Source: Blastocladiella emersonii ATCC 22665
Taxonomy: Eukaryota; Fungi; Blastocladiomycota
Reading direction: 5' to 3'
Length of the DNA stretch: 64,000 nucleotides
Assembly: GCA_025594325.1 (NCBI GenBank)
Contig: JANHCV010000011.1
Span: 1,436,810-1,500,809, forward strand
Below, in pieces: positions 46,117 to 58,600 of this stretch. The first letter of the stretch is position 1; the number at the start of each line of letters is the position of its first letter. The translations under genes were made by a program, and so were the position numbers. The notes under the pieces were generated by a model. It ran no database searches. It saw only the letters and a list, made by a program, of their open reading frames with translations, and had not been told where the DNA came from.

Positions 46117-46403
46117 ATGCACAACGCGTAAGCCTGAAGAAGGTCATTTTGATCAGCCTCGCCGGCATTCGCGGTCAGTCAGATCAGAGTGTGCACGAGG
46201 CGGGGATCGGTGGTCGCACGCGTGGAGCGGGGCGCGAGGCGGGGCAGGGCACTGGCCAGGGCACCGCTTTTTCGCGACGCGAGCCGCGAGCGGAAGCGGA
46301 CCGCGCCTGTCGCCGACCGCTCCCCCGCTATCCCCCCCCTCCCGCCCCCTCTTTCGACGCCCCGCGCCGCACGCCCACTCGCTGCAACGCGCCACACTCT
46401 GCC

Positions 46404-48650
46404 ATGGAAGCTTCGTTCATATCGTTCCACGACCTGTCGCCCGAGGGCCGCTACCAGTACGCGTCGCCGTCCATCACGGCGCTGCTCGGCTACACGCCGC
46501 AGGAGGTGGTCGGCCACCCCGCCTACGACTACTTCCTCGACGAGGAGATCCCCGCCTGCCGCGCCCTGCACCAGCAGACCGTCGCCATGGAGAAGGTCGC
46601 CGTCATCGTCCACTGCCGCATGAAGCACAAGTTCGGCCACTACGTCAAGGTCTCGATTGTCTCCAACCTGTACGCCGCCTCGCTTCGCTGCGGCACGCTG
46701 AGCATCCGAGCTCACACGCGCGCGACTGTCTCACAGATCGTCAGGCTGCATCGTCTCGTCGACCTGTCTCGCGGACGACTCGGAGAAGCTTCGCGGTACG
46801 CCTCGCTTACCCGTTGCCCACGCGGTCCCCCCGGTCACGGCGGATGCTAACACCTCAGTCCGCCACCCGCAGCCCGCGAAATGACCTCGCAGGAGGTCCA
46901 CGTCATCGAGGCCAACGGCTGCGTCGTCTCAAAGTCGTGGACCCGCCGCCGCGACGCGCCGCTCCCGCGCGCCTTCGAGGACGACGTCGCCTCCATCTCC
47001 GAGATCCGCGCCTGCCTCATCCTCGACCGCTTCACCGCCGACCTCGAGATCGCCTTCGCCACTACCAGCATCCAGGACGTGCTAGGCGGCTGCGTCACCC
47101 AGGCCTGGCTCCGCGGCCGCGCCCTCGTCGACCTCATCCACCCCAAGTGCCTCGACAACGTGCGCCGCGAGGTGGCTCGCGCCAAGTCGGTCGACGGCAT
47201 CTGCCACATGCGCTTCTCAACCGTCGGCAGCGCCTACGACGGCGACGACCTCGACATTGAAATGGTCGTCATGTGCGCCGCCGACGGCCTCATTGCCATT
47301 ATTCGGCGGTGCACGCCGCAACTCGTCGTCGCACCACCGCCGTCCGCCGACCTGCCGCCCCATCTCGTTCGCGCACCCGACGCGAGCGCATCGAGCTCGA
47401 CTTCCAGCCTGACCCGCACCGCGCCTGCCGCAAACCCAACAGTTCCGCCGACTGCATGCACAACCTTGGGCGTCCCGACCTCGACCGTCATCCCCCACCC
47501 CGCCTCTCCCACTCGAACATCGACTGCTCCCGCCCTCGCTCCAGCAGCCCCTCCGCTTTCGCCGCTTCCACCACCTCTGGAGCCGCCGCAGGTGCCGGGT
47601 CTGGGCCTCGTCATCCTCTCATCCAACGACGCCACCTACCTCGACTTTGCGCCAGTTCCGCACCCGTCCCTCCTCGGCAGCGGTTCGAGCGCCCTTATGG
47701 ACGACGCGTCGGACGAGGGTGAGCCGGCGACCTCGTTCTACTCTCCAAGCGTCGCCGGCTCGTCCGCCGTCGCTGACAGCGAAGTTGACGGCGACGATCA
47801 TCACGCTCTGTGGGCTCGCGGCGACCCGCGGTCGCTGAGCGAGGTCGCCGACAACGGCACCACGGCGGGCTCGGAACTCGCGTGGGCGGACCACCATCGC
47901 GCTCACGACGACGAAGATGCGCCGCCTTACCCGTACCCCGAGGAGTCGGCCGACCTTCCACGTGTACCTCACGCGTACGCCGCGCAGCTTGACCGCGGTC
48001 TCGAACACGATCCGCGCAACGTGTCTTCGTACTGCCCCGCTCCCGCACCCGTACCTGCTGCCGCTGCCACTGCCACTGCGACGCCGGCCGAGTACGACAC
48101 GGACGGTCGCGAGTACTACCACCGATCTCGCCCGCGCCCTTGGGTCGCTCCCAACGATGCGCATCTCCGCGACTACCCGCTTCCTCCACCACGGCCATCC
48201 GCCGCACTGCACGCGTCTCAGCAACCGCACCGCCATCGCTACGACACGCTCGCGCACGCGCACGCGTACGCGCGCGAGCGCGGCCTCGGTCCCGACCTCG
48301 ATCACGATCGCGACCGGTACTACGCGTACTACCCGTCGCGCACCGGCCCGCCACCGCCACCGCAGCAACGCCAGGCACGGATCCAGCACCACTACGCCTT
48401 TGTTACGCCCCCGACTCGCCTCGACCGGTGCATCGAGCTCCGGTTCCTTCCCCGCGGAAGCGCCGGGTCAGTGGCGGGCGACGCGATTCCACTCCCCCCG
48501 CCACTTCCGCCTCCGCCGACCGCTGCACGCGGGGCAGACCCAGATCCCGCCAGCGGCGGCGCCATGGGTCGCGGTACTCCACGCCGCGCGCTCGCGTACG
48601 GTCTCGGATCATCGGTTGCGGGCACGGACGGGTCGGTTTCGGGTCGGTAA
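46404..48650 (+). CDS. Fungal tandem PAS-domain protein with low-complexity tail
   Basis: YASPSITALLGYTPQEVVG (PAS 1); RACLILDRFT...LVDLIHP (PAS 2). Probable introns about 46670-46737 and 46796-46872. Confidence 0.8.
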
Positions 48651-49555
48651 TATCAAAAGTTGCTGCATCGATGGGATCGGAGTTCTTGATCACGCGGGCT
48701 TTGCGAAGCGTCGAAGCAACAGGTGAGATCAGGACACGGTCGTCAAAGCTGAGCGCTTGGACCTGGCATCCGACCGACCGAGGCACTGCTCGCCGAGCAG
48801 CAAGCGTGCGCGGGAACGCGCGGGAGGATCGTGGGCACGCTGCATTCGAATGTGCAGTGATCCGATACTGGTGTCATTCAGGGAAGCTTCGGTTTTAGCA
48901 CATGGACTCCCTCGTTGTCTCCAGCTGTCTCCCCGACACCCTCCCGCGACGACGCGTCGCGCATGCGGAGACACACGCGCGCGGCGTGAGAGACATTGGC
49001 GTGACCCAAAATCGAGTTTCCGACGCCACGTGGCGCGACGCGTCGCGTTTCGAGTTGGGGCGCGAGGGCCCGTCCGTCGAACGACGCCGTCGTCGGCTTC
49101 CCGCTCTCGCTCTCGCTCTCGCTCACTCTCCTCCTGTACCTTGTTCGAAACCGGCAAGGTGTTTGAGTGCCCTGGGCCTTCTCGCCCCAGTCCGAGCTCG
49201 CCGACCGCAGCGACGTGAACGAGGGCAAGCTCTACGTCCCGCCTCCGTCGAGCGACGACGATTCGGGCGGCTCCAACAGCGAGTCGAGCGACGACGGCTC
49301 GCGTCCGCGATTCTACCTCTACGGCTACCGGTGTCGCCTGCGCTCCAAGCACGGCCTCTCGGACAACAGCGGCCGCGGCGTGAGCTACGTCAGCGCGGAT
49401 GAAGTCGGGTCCGACCGCGAGTACCCGGGCGACATGGACGACGTCTCGGTCTAAGACTCGGTCGACGACTCGGTTGACGAGGGCGAGTCGAACGGTGCTC
49501 GTCGGTCAATCGTGCCCCGCCGTTGTGCGCATCTGCAGCAGGCCGACCCGACGCC

Positions 49556-51150
49556 ATGGCCGTGGACAACTCGGGCACCGACGGTCTCGAAATCGGCGAC
49601 TCGGACGGCGGCAACCCCGACCTGTCCAACGTCTCCGCCTCGATGCTCGACGAGTTCGCCGAGGACTGGGAGCTGAACGGCAAGCAGGCGGTCTACGACA
49701 TGGCCGGTGCCGCCACGAGCGCCGCGAACGCCGAGTACCTCCGCAAGACCAACGAGTACCTGTACACCCGCGACGCCATCGGCCAGGGCGCCCACGGTGC
49801 CGTGTACATGGCCGCCCCCAAGACGGCGTTCGGCAACACGCGCGTCGCCTACGCGTGCAAGATCATTGTCAAGAACCCGGACTCGGGCACCACGGGCATC
49901 TTTGACCGCGAGATCAGCGTCATGCGGCGTGTCAACCAGGTACGTCTTCTGACTAGCCTCTCTGATCGCGACAGCGACCGCGGCTGCGACCATGTCGTGC
50001 GCCGCCGTCGCAGACCTACGTTGCCGAACTCGCAACTCACACTCTCGCCTTCGCGCAGCCCAACCTCGTCAAGCTCCACAACTATGCAGATTCGAGTATC
50101 AAGTCGTGTCTCTACATGGAGCTGTACGTCGTATCGATTCGCTCTCGCCGTGACCCTGGCTCATCCCGCCGCTGGTCATGTAGCGTCTTCGGCGGCAACC
50201 TGCTTGGGTGCCTGGACGAGAACGACTGGCGCATCTCCGAGCATCGCGCCCAGCACGTCACGCGGCAGCTGGTCGACGCGCTCGGGTACCTGCACTCGAA
50301 CGATATCACGCACTGCAACGTCAAGCCCGAGAACGTGCTCGTCCGCGGCGGCGACAACGACGATCCGACCATGCCGTTCGTCCTCCTCACCAACTACGGG
50401 TTCGCCAAGAAGAGAATTGCCCAGAACCGCGACGCGCACTTTTTCGCGCGCTGGTGCGTAACACCTTTTCAGGCCCACCGGACCACGGTGGTCCTGAACT
50501 CGCTGGCCGAACTTCATCACTGACGACGGCACGCGTGAATGTAGTGGTACCGACACGTACATGGCCCCCGAGCTCCGGCTGCCAGAGCTGTGCGTGGAAG
50601 ATGACCGCCGCAGCTCGGTTGACGCGTGGTCTCTTGGAATGGTGCTAGTTGACCTCCTCGGCGGGCTTTAGCTGCAACCGCTCACGAACCCCGTCAGGCA
50701 GCGATCCGCAAACGGATCGGCGACGGCGACTTCTCATTCACGGGCGAGCCTCGGCTACCTACCCACTGGGCAACGGTCCCGGCCCCGGCCAAGAACCTCA
50801 TCGAGCGCATGCTCTTGCGTAGTGCAAACCAACGGTACGCCGTTCTCCTACTCACTATCGACTCGCGTGCGCGTGCTCACCACTGATTTCCCCGCTTCCA
50901 TCGTTCTTTCTCCTGTCTCTGTAGTCCGACCATGGAGCCGTGCAAGGTCGACGCGTGGATCATGGCCGACCTCAGATGTGCTGGTCTCGCCGAGAACCTG
51001 TCCGGCGCACCCGTGCCCTCCACTTCCGCCGTCCCGATCCGCTCGCTTCTATCCCCCTCGTCCCCGACCACCGCTTTGGCCGCGAGCGCGACGCTAGGCG
51101 GCGCCGCTAAGTTCGAGCGCTCGGCCGCGCTGTCAACAGTCTCGCTTTAA
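49556..51150 (+). CDS. CAMK-like protein kinase-fold protein, predicted pseudokinase
   Basis: IGQGAHGAVY, YACKII, REISVM, HCNVKPEN (HRD position), TNYGFAK (DFG position), GTDTYMAPE, VDAWSLG. Multi-exon; the start is uncertain and may lie further upstream. Confidence 0.75.
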
Positions 51151-54095
51151 GCGGCGACGACAGAACACGCGTCGCTGGCTTCGGCGGCCGTGCCGGACGA
51201 GCGCAAGCGCAAGTTCGCCTCGGCGTTCGGGCACCAGTCGATGCCGCTGTCGGGCACGCACAAAGATGCTCGGACAAGTTCGCCCGTGCACCGCCGGCGC
51301 GGGCCGGCGGTGTAAGAAAGGGCCGCGCGGAAAAAGCTGACGAACTGGCCGGCGGCTGTGTGCTGTCCTGTTCATGATGACCAACGGGCGTGAGTTAGCT
51401 ATACACTCTACCAATTTGCTACTACACCTTGGGACTACCTCACTGACCACAGCGACGTTCGGAGGCGACGTCCGGCGACGACGGCGACGTTCGGGGGCGG
51501 CCCGCACCGAGCCGAGCGATAGATCTGAAGGTCGCGCACCCAGCTGCTGCGGCGGGCGCGCCGCGCGAGGAAGAAACGATAGCCAGAAGCCGCGGACACA
51601 TAAAGTACAAGCCGAGTTCGGTGCAGCGAGAGACGACGGGCCTGCTGCTAGTCCGCCGCAACGCCGACGGCGGGTGGCGGGTGGCGAGGCGGGTGGCGAG
51701 GCGTGCGGCTCGAGCTCCGACCGTCGTTCCGACATTGGGGGGAAGAAGAGGGTGCGTGCGAGCGGGAGCAGCAGCTCGGCACCAGCTCGGCAGCGACGAC
51801 TCGACTCGACTCGACTCGAGGTGCGCCGAGTTGGGGAGGGCAGGGCGAGCTGATTCGAAGCAGGGGTCCGCAGCGTCGAGGACGGGCGGTGGTCAAGGGC
51901 GATGACGCGCAAACGACACTCGAAGCGGTGCACGGCCGTGAGCGGAAACGTCGGTCGGCGCGACTGACGGGGGCAGCAGGTCAAGCCGGACGCGGTGGAG
52001 CAGAGCAGGGCGACGCGCGCGTTGGGTTGCACACGGAGGAGTGGCGACGACCGAGGTCGACGGCGCGGACGTGCGCGTGCGAAGGCCGCCGAGCTCGCGG
52101 GCGATGGCAAACGCGCTGGCTGGTTGGCACGTAGAGCGTGGAGTGGTGGTGGTGGCGGCGGCGCATGCGACAGCACCCGCTCGGCCACATGCATACGGAA
52201 CGAGGAGAGGACCACCAGCTGTGCTGCTGTTTGACGCCGACAGAAGGAGGTTGCTTGCTGCAGCGCTCAAGCGCGAGAGCGATGCCATGGGGCGAGCAGC
52301 CCGCGGAGCACGCTGCGGGCGAGGTTCATGCGATTCCATCAAGTTACAGTGCCACGTCGTGCCTTGCCTTGTGGACGTGGACATGGACATGGACGTGAGC
52401 GGGGTGCCTGACCGACCGACCGAGGCCGCGCCACGCCACGCCACGCGGTGGCCATGGCGCCGTGGCCGCCGCGCTGCGCGTCCTTGTCAGCTGATGGCGA
52501 CTGACGCGTCGCGGGGCGCGCGGGCTTCGGGAGGGAGACGTGAGGAGGCCAGAGCCTTCTTCTTCTCTCTTCTCTACCGACTGCCGCCCCATGCACCATG
52601 ACCATGAAAGCCGATGCAACGTGATAACTTGGTGCAACATCACGCCGGACAGGCCCTGACGCGGATCGGCGCCGTCGTGAGGTGCCCAGCCGCATCTGCT
52701 GTACCGCCGCTACTACTGTACGACTGAGCTGAGCGTCAGTCGGACTGCTTTGTCAGCTATGCAGCTCGTCCGTCCCCGTCGTCCTTGTCGGGAACGCCGC
52801 CTTCCGCTTGCCGTGCTGCCCTACGTTAGTCGCATGCAAAGGTTTGCTTTGGCGGCGGGCCCCGCTAGCCAGCGTCCCTCGCTCGCTCGCCTCGTTCCGG
52901 TCCCCCTTTCGCCCCACGCCGCCGATCTGCACTGCCGAACCTCACCCGACCACCGCGACCGCTTCGTCGTCCTCGCCGGCCACCTGCTTGTCCCCCGCTG
53001 GCATGCATTCCCGAGCCGCACGACCTCCGTTCGAGCCGACCTACATGGACGCGCTCCCAGCCTCGGCAACTCCATGGCGGGCCAGGTGAGTCGTCGCCAC
53101 ACGCGCACGCACGAGCGGGGCCCGCGTTTGGTGTGCGCGCGAGGTGCGCGCGAGGTGCGCCGCCGCGAGCGGCTACCGCGGCATGGGTGCGCTTCGGGAT
53201 CCGCTGCTGCTCGTCGGCCGCACCGTCGCCGCCTTTCCCACCTGCTGCTTTATGACCTCGCGCTTTCGTAGCCTAGCCCAGCTGGCGGGCGGCTTGCTGC
53301 TTCGCGAGAGCATGGATGCTGCCGCCTCGCTCAACTAGCGGCCACGGCGGCGGAACCCCTTGGATCGTCGCCCTTGACGTGCGCGTGCACCCGCCGTACC
53401 GCGTTGTTGATTCACGCTTTTGCCGCGCGGCCCGAGCGAGGCCTTCGGATGCGTCCGTTGCTCAGCGTACTCACGCTCACCTCGCGCGTGCGTGCCGACG
53501 GCGAGCCGGATTCGCGCGGTTTGCCTCCTGCCCGTGTCCAAGTAGATTCTCTGACGAAGCTGAATGCTCACATTTGCCCCAAGACCGCATTCATCTAAGC
53601 AAAAGGCCACGGTAGCTGCGTGGGGTGGAGGACGGGCACGGCCAGACGAGCCGTACGGGCTTGATCGTGGCAACGGCGACATGTATGCGCTCGGGCAGGC
53701 GTTTCGCGTGGCCCGTGGTCGTGAACGGGTGGCGCGAGAACTGGCAGCTTGGCTCTTGCGCGTGCGGCGGAGAGAAGAGTGCGACGTGGGGGACGGGAAA
53801 CGCGTTGTCATAGAGCTCGAGCATGGTAGCGCACTGGTACTCGAGTTTTGCGTCGGTGGCATCGAGCGCGTCGCGAAGGACGCCGGCGAACGGTACGGTG
53901 TAGTCAGATTCTTGGGGGGAGCGAGCGTCCGAGCGAAGAGACCGCCGCCAAACTTCGATCACGACCTGCCGCTGTCCCGAGTTTTAGGCTTGCGCTCAAC
54001 TCGAGTCAACGAAGTTGATCAGAAAGCGAGGACGGTCGACATGAAGTAGAAACGGGGCCGCTGTGCGCGCGTGCGACTCGAGTTCAGCCTCAGGC

Positions 54096-54112
54096 GGGGG
54101 GGGGGGGGGGGG
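54096..54112 (+). repeat. Poly-G tract (G17)
   Basis: Direct reading. Confidence 0.9.
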
Positions 54113-54249
54113 CTTGGCCGCGAACCACTCGCGCGGGAGGGCCGCGTTGAGGACAGACACCGCTTCCGTATCGCTCGGGTACGCGGCGCGGAAGCGGCCG
54201 AGGAAGTCGGTGCCGGCGTCGCGGAGCGCCGTTTACGGCGGGCGCGGCG

Positions 54250-55690
54250 CGCGGAGTGCGCAGGTCGAGCGCGAGGACGAGCTTGGTGACCAGCACGATG
54301 GAGCTGAGCGCGAGGAGCTCGCGGACGATGGCCGGGTCCGCGGTCCAGTGGCCCGAAGGGGCGTCGACGGCCATGAGCGCGTCGAGGTCCGCGACGAGGG
54401 CGATGACCGGCGCGAGCGCGCGGCGCTCCATGACGACGAGCTTGTACAGGTCGGCGGCGTACTTGACGGCGCGTTCGACCTGGTTGTGCTGGATGGCGTG
54501 CGAGTGATTCCTGAGCACCTTGGCCGTCGTCGTCATGAGCGCGACGAGGCGAAGGTGGTAGACGGTCACCTCGTCGACGAGCGGCTTGAAGGCGACGCGC
54601 GGCGATGGGCGGCAGCACGACCACGTCCTCGGACACGGGGATGTGTGCATGGCGCCACGACAGGCCCATGTCGCGGAAGTGCTTGGGTCGGACAACGCCT
54701 TCTTGCGCACCTGCAGCAGAGTCGACGCCTCGTGCATGGTGAGATCCGCCATGAGCTCGGCGAGCGGGAGCGGGACCTCGGCGACGCACGCGAGCTGCAC
54801 CAACCGGGACAGGATCGGGCCGAGTCGGGCGTCGCGGTACGCGCGCGCGGCGGCGAGCTGCGTGGCGCACGGCTCCGGGTAGTGGTGGAGCGCGTGGCCG
54901 AACGCGGACGTGGTGGGCGTGGGGAGGTCGGGCGTGTTCTGGTTGTGGGACAGCGCGTCGCTCTTCTGGGTGATGATGGGCAGCAGCGGCTCGAGACCGC
55001 TGCGAGGCGCGCGCGGAGCCACTCGATGGTCGGGTTGGTGGACATGTCGTTGTCGCGGATCTGCAGCGCGAGGTGCACCTGCAGCTCGAGCACGAGGTTG
55101 CCCTGCAGCTGGCGCATGTAGTGGTGGCTCCATGAACGCGAGCCCGAGGTGGATCCAGGCGAGCCCAAGCTGCTCAAGGTTCGACGTCGCGGTCGAGACA
55201 ATCTCGGTCGCGCTCGCGATCCGCGTCGCGGGCACGTCGCGGGCACGTTGCGCAGCAGGTGCATGCAGGCGGCGACGAGGTCGCGCTAGAGCGCGGTGAG
55301 GTCGAGCTGCAGGTCGAGCTAGTGCTGCACGAGGCACTGCGACCACATGGACCACGCCCACAGGAGGACGGGGAGCGCGGCGTGGGCGTCCCCCAAAACC
55401 GCGGAATCGAGCATCGCGGCGGCCATGCCGGCCTCGAGCGCGCCGAGGAGCGGGTACAGTGGCACGACGAGTGGTGCAGGAGCAGCGGCGGGTGCGGGAC
55501 GACTTGACCCTCTTTGACGAGCTCGGCGGGGACGGCGGCGAACCCGCTCATGACGGCGTCGTCGGCGTCGAGCCCGTGGTGGAGCATGCAGGCGGGCGCG
55601 ACGGCGGCTGTAATGAACTCGCGGGCCGCGTGGCCGCGGGCGAACCAGGTGAGCGTGGGCTTCCGCAGGGCGGGGCCGCGAATACCCTTG
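54250..55690 (-). pseudogene. Frameshifted helical fragment resembling the midasin (MDN1/Rea1) linker region
   Basis: LEQLGLAWIHLGLAF followed in a shifted frame by HHYMRQLQGNLVLELQV...NPTIEWLRARL; several frame changes. Similarity judged by eye. Confidence 0.4.
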
Positions 55691-55699
55691 ACCTCGAGG

Positions 55700-58600
55700 T
55701 GGTGCAGGGACGGGAGCGGGTGGAGCGCGATCGCGGCGGCGGCGGCGGCCGGGCTGCCCAGAAACTCGCGGCACGCGCGCACCGCGCCACGCGTGATGGC
55801 GCGGGAGAACAGGCGGATCGCGGCGGCGTCGGGCAGGTCGAGAAGCGGCGGCAGCGCGTCCTCACCCGGGATCGGCAGGCCAGCCTCCTCAACGTCGCGG
55901 CGCGCGATCGCCCAGGCAGGGATCGCCGCGACGCAGGTCGCGAACGCTGCGTCGCGGTCGGCGCGCAGCGTGTTGACGTCGAGGTACATGACATGCAGCA
56001 GGTCAGGGCCGAGCAGCGCGTCGATCAGCGTGCCGGCGGCGGGGTTCAGGGCGGCGTCGTGCTTGGCCGCGCCGACAGACGTGAGCTGGCTGAGCCACGA
56101 CTCGGAGATCTGGTTGAGCGTCTCGACGCGCTGCTCGTCCACGAGCTTGCACTGGAGCCAGTGGAACGGCGTATCCTGCAGGCCGCACGAGCACCGAGAT
56201 GCCTTGAAGTAGGCGTCCCAGCACTGGATGCAGCGGGCCTCGGGGTTCGGCTCGGCGGCGCACTCAGCCCTGCCGCAGGTGGGCACAGCGATGCGGCCGA
56301 CCGAGTGCAGTGACTCGCGGCACGGCGCCTTGTTGGCGAGCGCGCGCAGGCGGAAGGACGTCTCCTTGTTCTGGTCGAGCGAGGTGCGGCGCGCGAGCGG
56401 GCGCGACCCGCCGTGGAGCGCGAGCGCGGTCGCCTTCCAGTCGAGCTCCTCGGCCTGGGCGGCGGCGGCGTTCGCGGCTGCTACAGCGGCGGCTGCAGCA
56501 TCGGCGGCGGGTGCAGGCTCGGGCGCGGGCGGCGGCGGCTGCGCGAGCGCGAGGTGCGCCACGTTCTCGGCGAGCACCGCGTCGCGGCACTCGGCCTGCG
56601 CAAGATCGCGCATGAACTTGCGCGGGTCGCCGCCAATCTCGTGGTCGAAAAAGGCGGGGACGTGGTGGAGGTCCGACTCGGTGCGCGTGCGTTTCGAAAA
56701 GTACGCGTCCGAGGCGGGCGGCTGGTTCGCCGCGGCCTTGGCGGCGCGGTCGGCGATGTTGTTGGGCGTGGTCGGGTCGTCGGCGTGGCCGCGGACCCAC
56801 GACAAGGTGACCTTGACGTTGCGGTCGCGCAGCGCGAGGCGGAGCGCGGACCACAGGTCGCTCGACGCGCACCGGACGCGCTGGCGCATCGTCGCCGTCG
56901 GCGAGAGCTGCGTGCGCGCGGCCTCGATGGCGGCCTGCGAGTCCGAGTAGATGTGCAGCGCGGTCCCGGCGGCGACCTGCGACACGGCGAGGACGAACGC
57001 GTGGATCTCGGCGCGCGTCGACGAGAACGGGCCAGGCGGCAGCTTGGCGGCGGCGATGTGGCCCACGTCGTCGTTCGTGACGCCGTTGGCGGCCGCGCGG
57101 CAGTCAGCGTCGTGGCGCGTGGCCGTGTCGTAGCCGTCGGGCAGCGGGAACACGGCGGCGGAGCCCGCGCGCGCGACGCCCTCGGGGCCCGGGCGGTCCG
57201 CGTCGTACCAGCCGTCCGCGTACGCGGCGACGATGTTGCCCGGGGTGGGAGGATCTCAGACCCGACGGCGCGGACAGGATCGACGGGCGCGGCGGCGCGG
57301 CGGGGGCGGGTGTGGCGGTAGACGAGCGGCGGCGCGCCGGCGGGCGCGGGCGGGTCGTCGTCCATGGGCGGCGCAGGCGGGTACATTTCCCGGCCGTGAC
57401 TGATGTCCGTGATCCGGGCGTGGTTGCGGTTCGCCACGTCGAGCAGGATCCGGGCGACGCGGCGGTCGTCGGCGTTCATGTGCGCGTTGCCCTTTTCCGT
57501 GAGCGACACGCGGAACTTCTTGACGAGCTGCTGCACGTCCTTGGTCTCCATGCGGCGGAGCATCGGCAGCGTGTACTTGCGCCCGATGAGGCCGTCGTCG
57601 TTGTCGGGCGGGTACTCGAGCAGCGTCTCGAGCGTGTACAGGGGCAGCCACCGGATCAGCTTCTTGGTCCAGACGCGGTCCTGGTTCCTCTTGCCGCGCA
57701 CCGTCATCTCGGGCACGACGAGGACCGTGGGCATGCAGTTGCCGGCGACGATGAGGTTGTAGTCGCGGCGGCGGTCCACGATCGACAACTTGCGCCGCCG
57801 CGTGAGCAGCACCACGTTGTCGAACCACACGCACGGCAGCTGGCTGGACATGGGCACGAGCGCGAGGTCGGGCCGCTCGAGCGGCGAGAACGCGCACTGC
57901 GTCTGGAACTGGAGGATGCCGAGCTCGTAGCGCGCAGGCACGCCGTGCGGGCGCGGGTCGTTGAGCACCACGCACAGGTCGGTGACGTGCTGCTGCGTGA
58001 TCAGGTCGGCGAGCGAATGCAGGCCGATGATGTCGCGGTCGTGCAGCATGGCCGTGGGGAACGTGTTGAGCAGCTTGTACTTGCGGCGCACGAGCGCGCG
58101 CGCCGACAGGCCGATGCGGTCGAGCTGCGCGAGCGACGGCACGTGGAACAGCGAGCGGTACGCCGCGGCGGTGAAGAAGACGGCGTTGAGCAGGTACACG
58201 GCTGCCTTGCCCGTGATGCGGCGGTCCTTGAGCAGGGCGAGGCACGTATTGGCTGCTTCGCGGCCGAGCATGACGTGGTCAATGAACACGCCCAGGTAGC
58301 GGGACGACTTGCCGGCCCAGGGAACGGGGACGCCGCGCACGACGATGGGCGCGTTCCGCGGGTCGTTGGGCCCGCCCGTGAGCGCGCCGCCGTCCCCCTT
58401 GGAGAGCATGCGGAGGACCGCACCCTTGGCCGGGTTCGCGTTGATGCGTGTGAGCCCGTTGAAGTTGTCCACGATGTCGACGATGCGTTGCAGGTGGTCT
58501 CGATCGGATGCACAGAAGGCGGCGTCGTCCATGTAGGCGACGGCGGCGACGCGGAGCGTGTCGAACTGGCGGTGTGACGCGCGAAACGTGAACGGCGGCG

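Noticed and set aside
49167-49454. Acidic Ser-rich 95-aa ORF upstream of the pseudokinase
   Set aside because: It starts at a non-ATG codon and may be an upstream exon of the kinase gene. It cannot be resolved without transcripts.
51796-51820. (GACTC)n repeat and nearby (GGACAT)n repeat at about 52374-52397 as CRISPR-like or functional arrays
   Set aside because: Simple microsatellites with no unique spacers, in a eukaryotic context.
52750-54049. Possible small genes (GTGAGT donor at about 53086; ORFs 53564-54049 and 53591-53962)
   Set aside because: No recognisable motif or coherent exon chain; probably decayed fragments.
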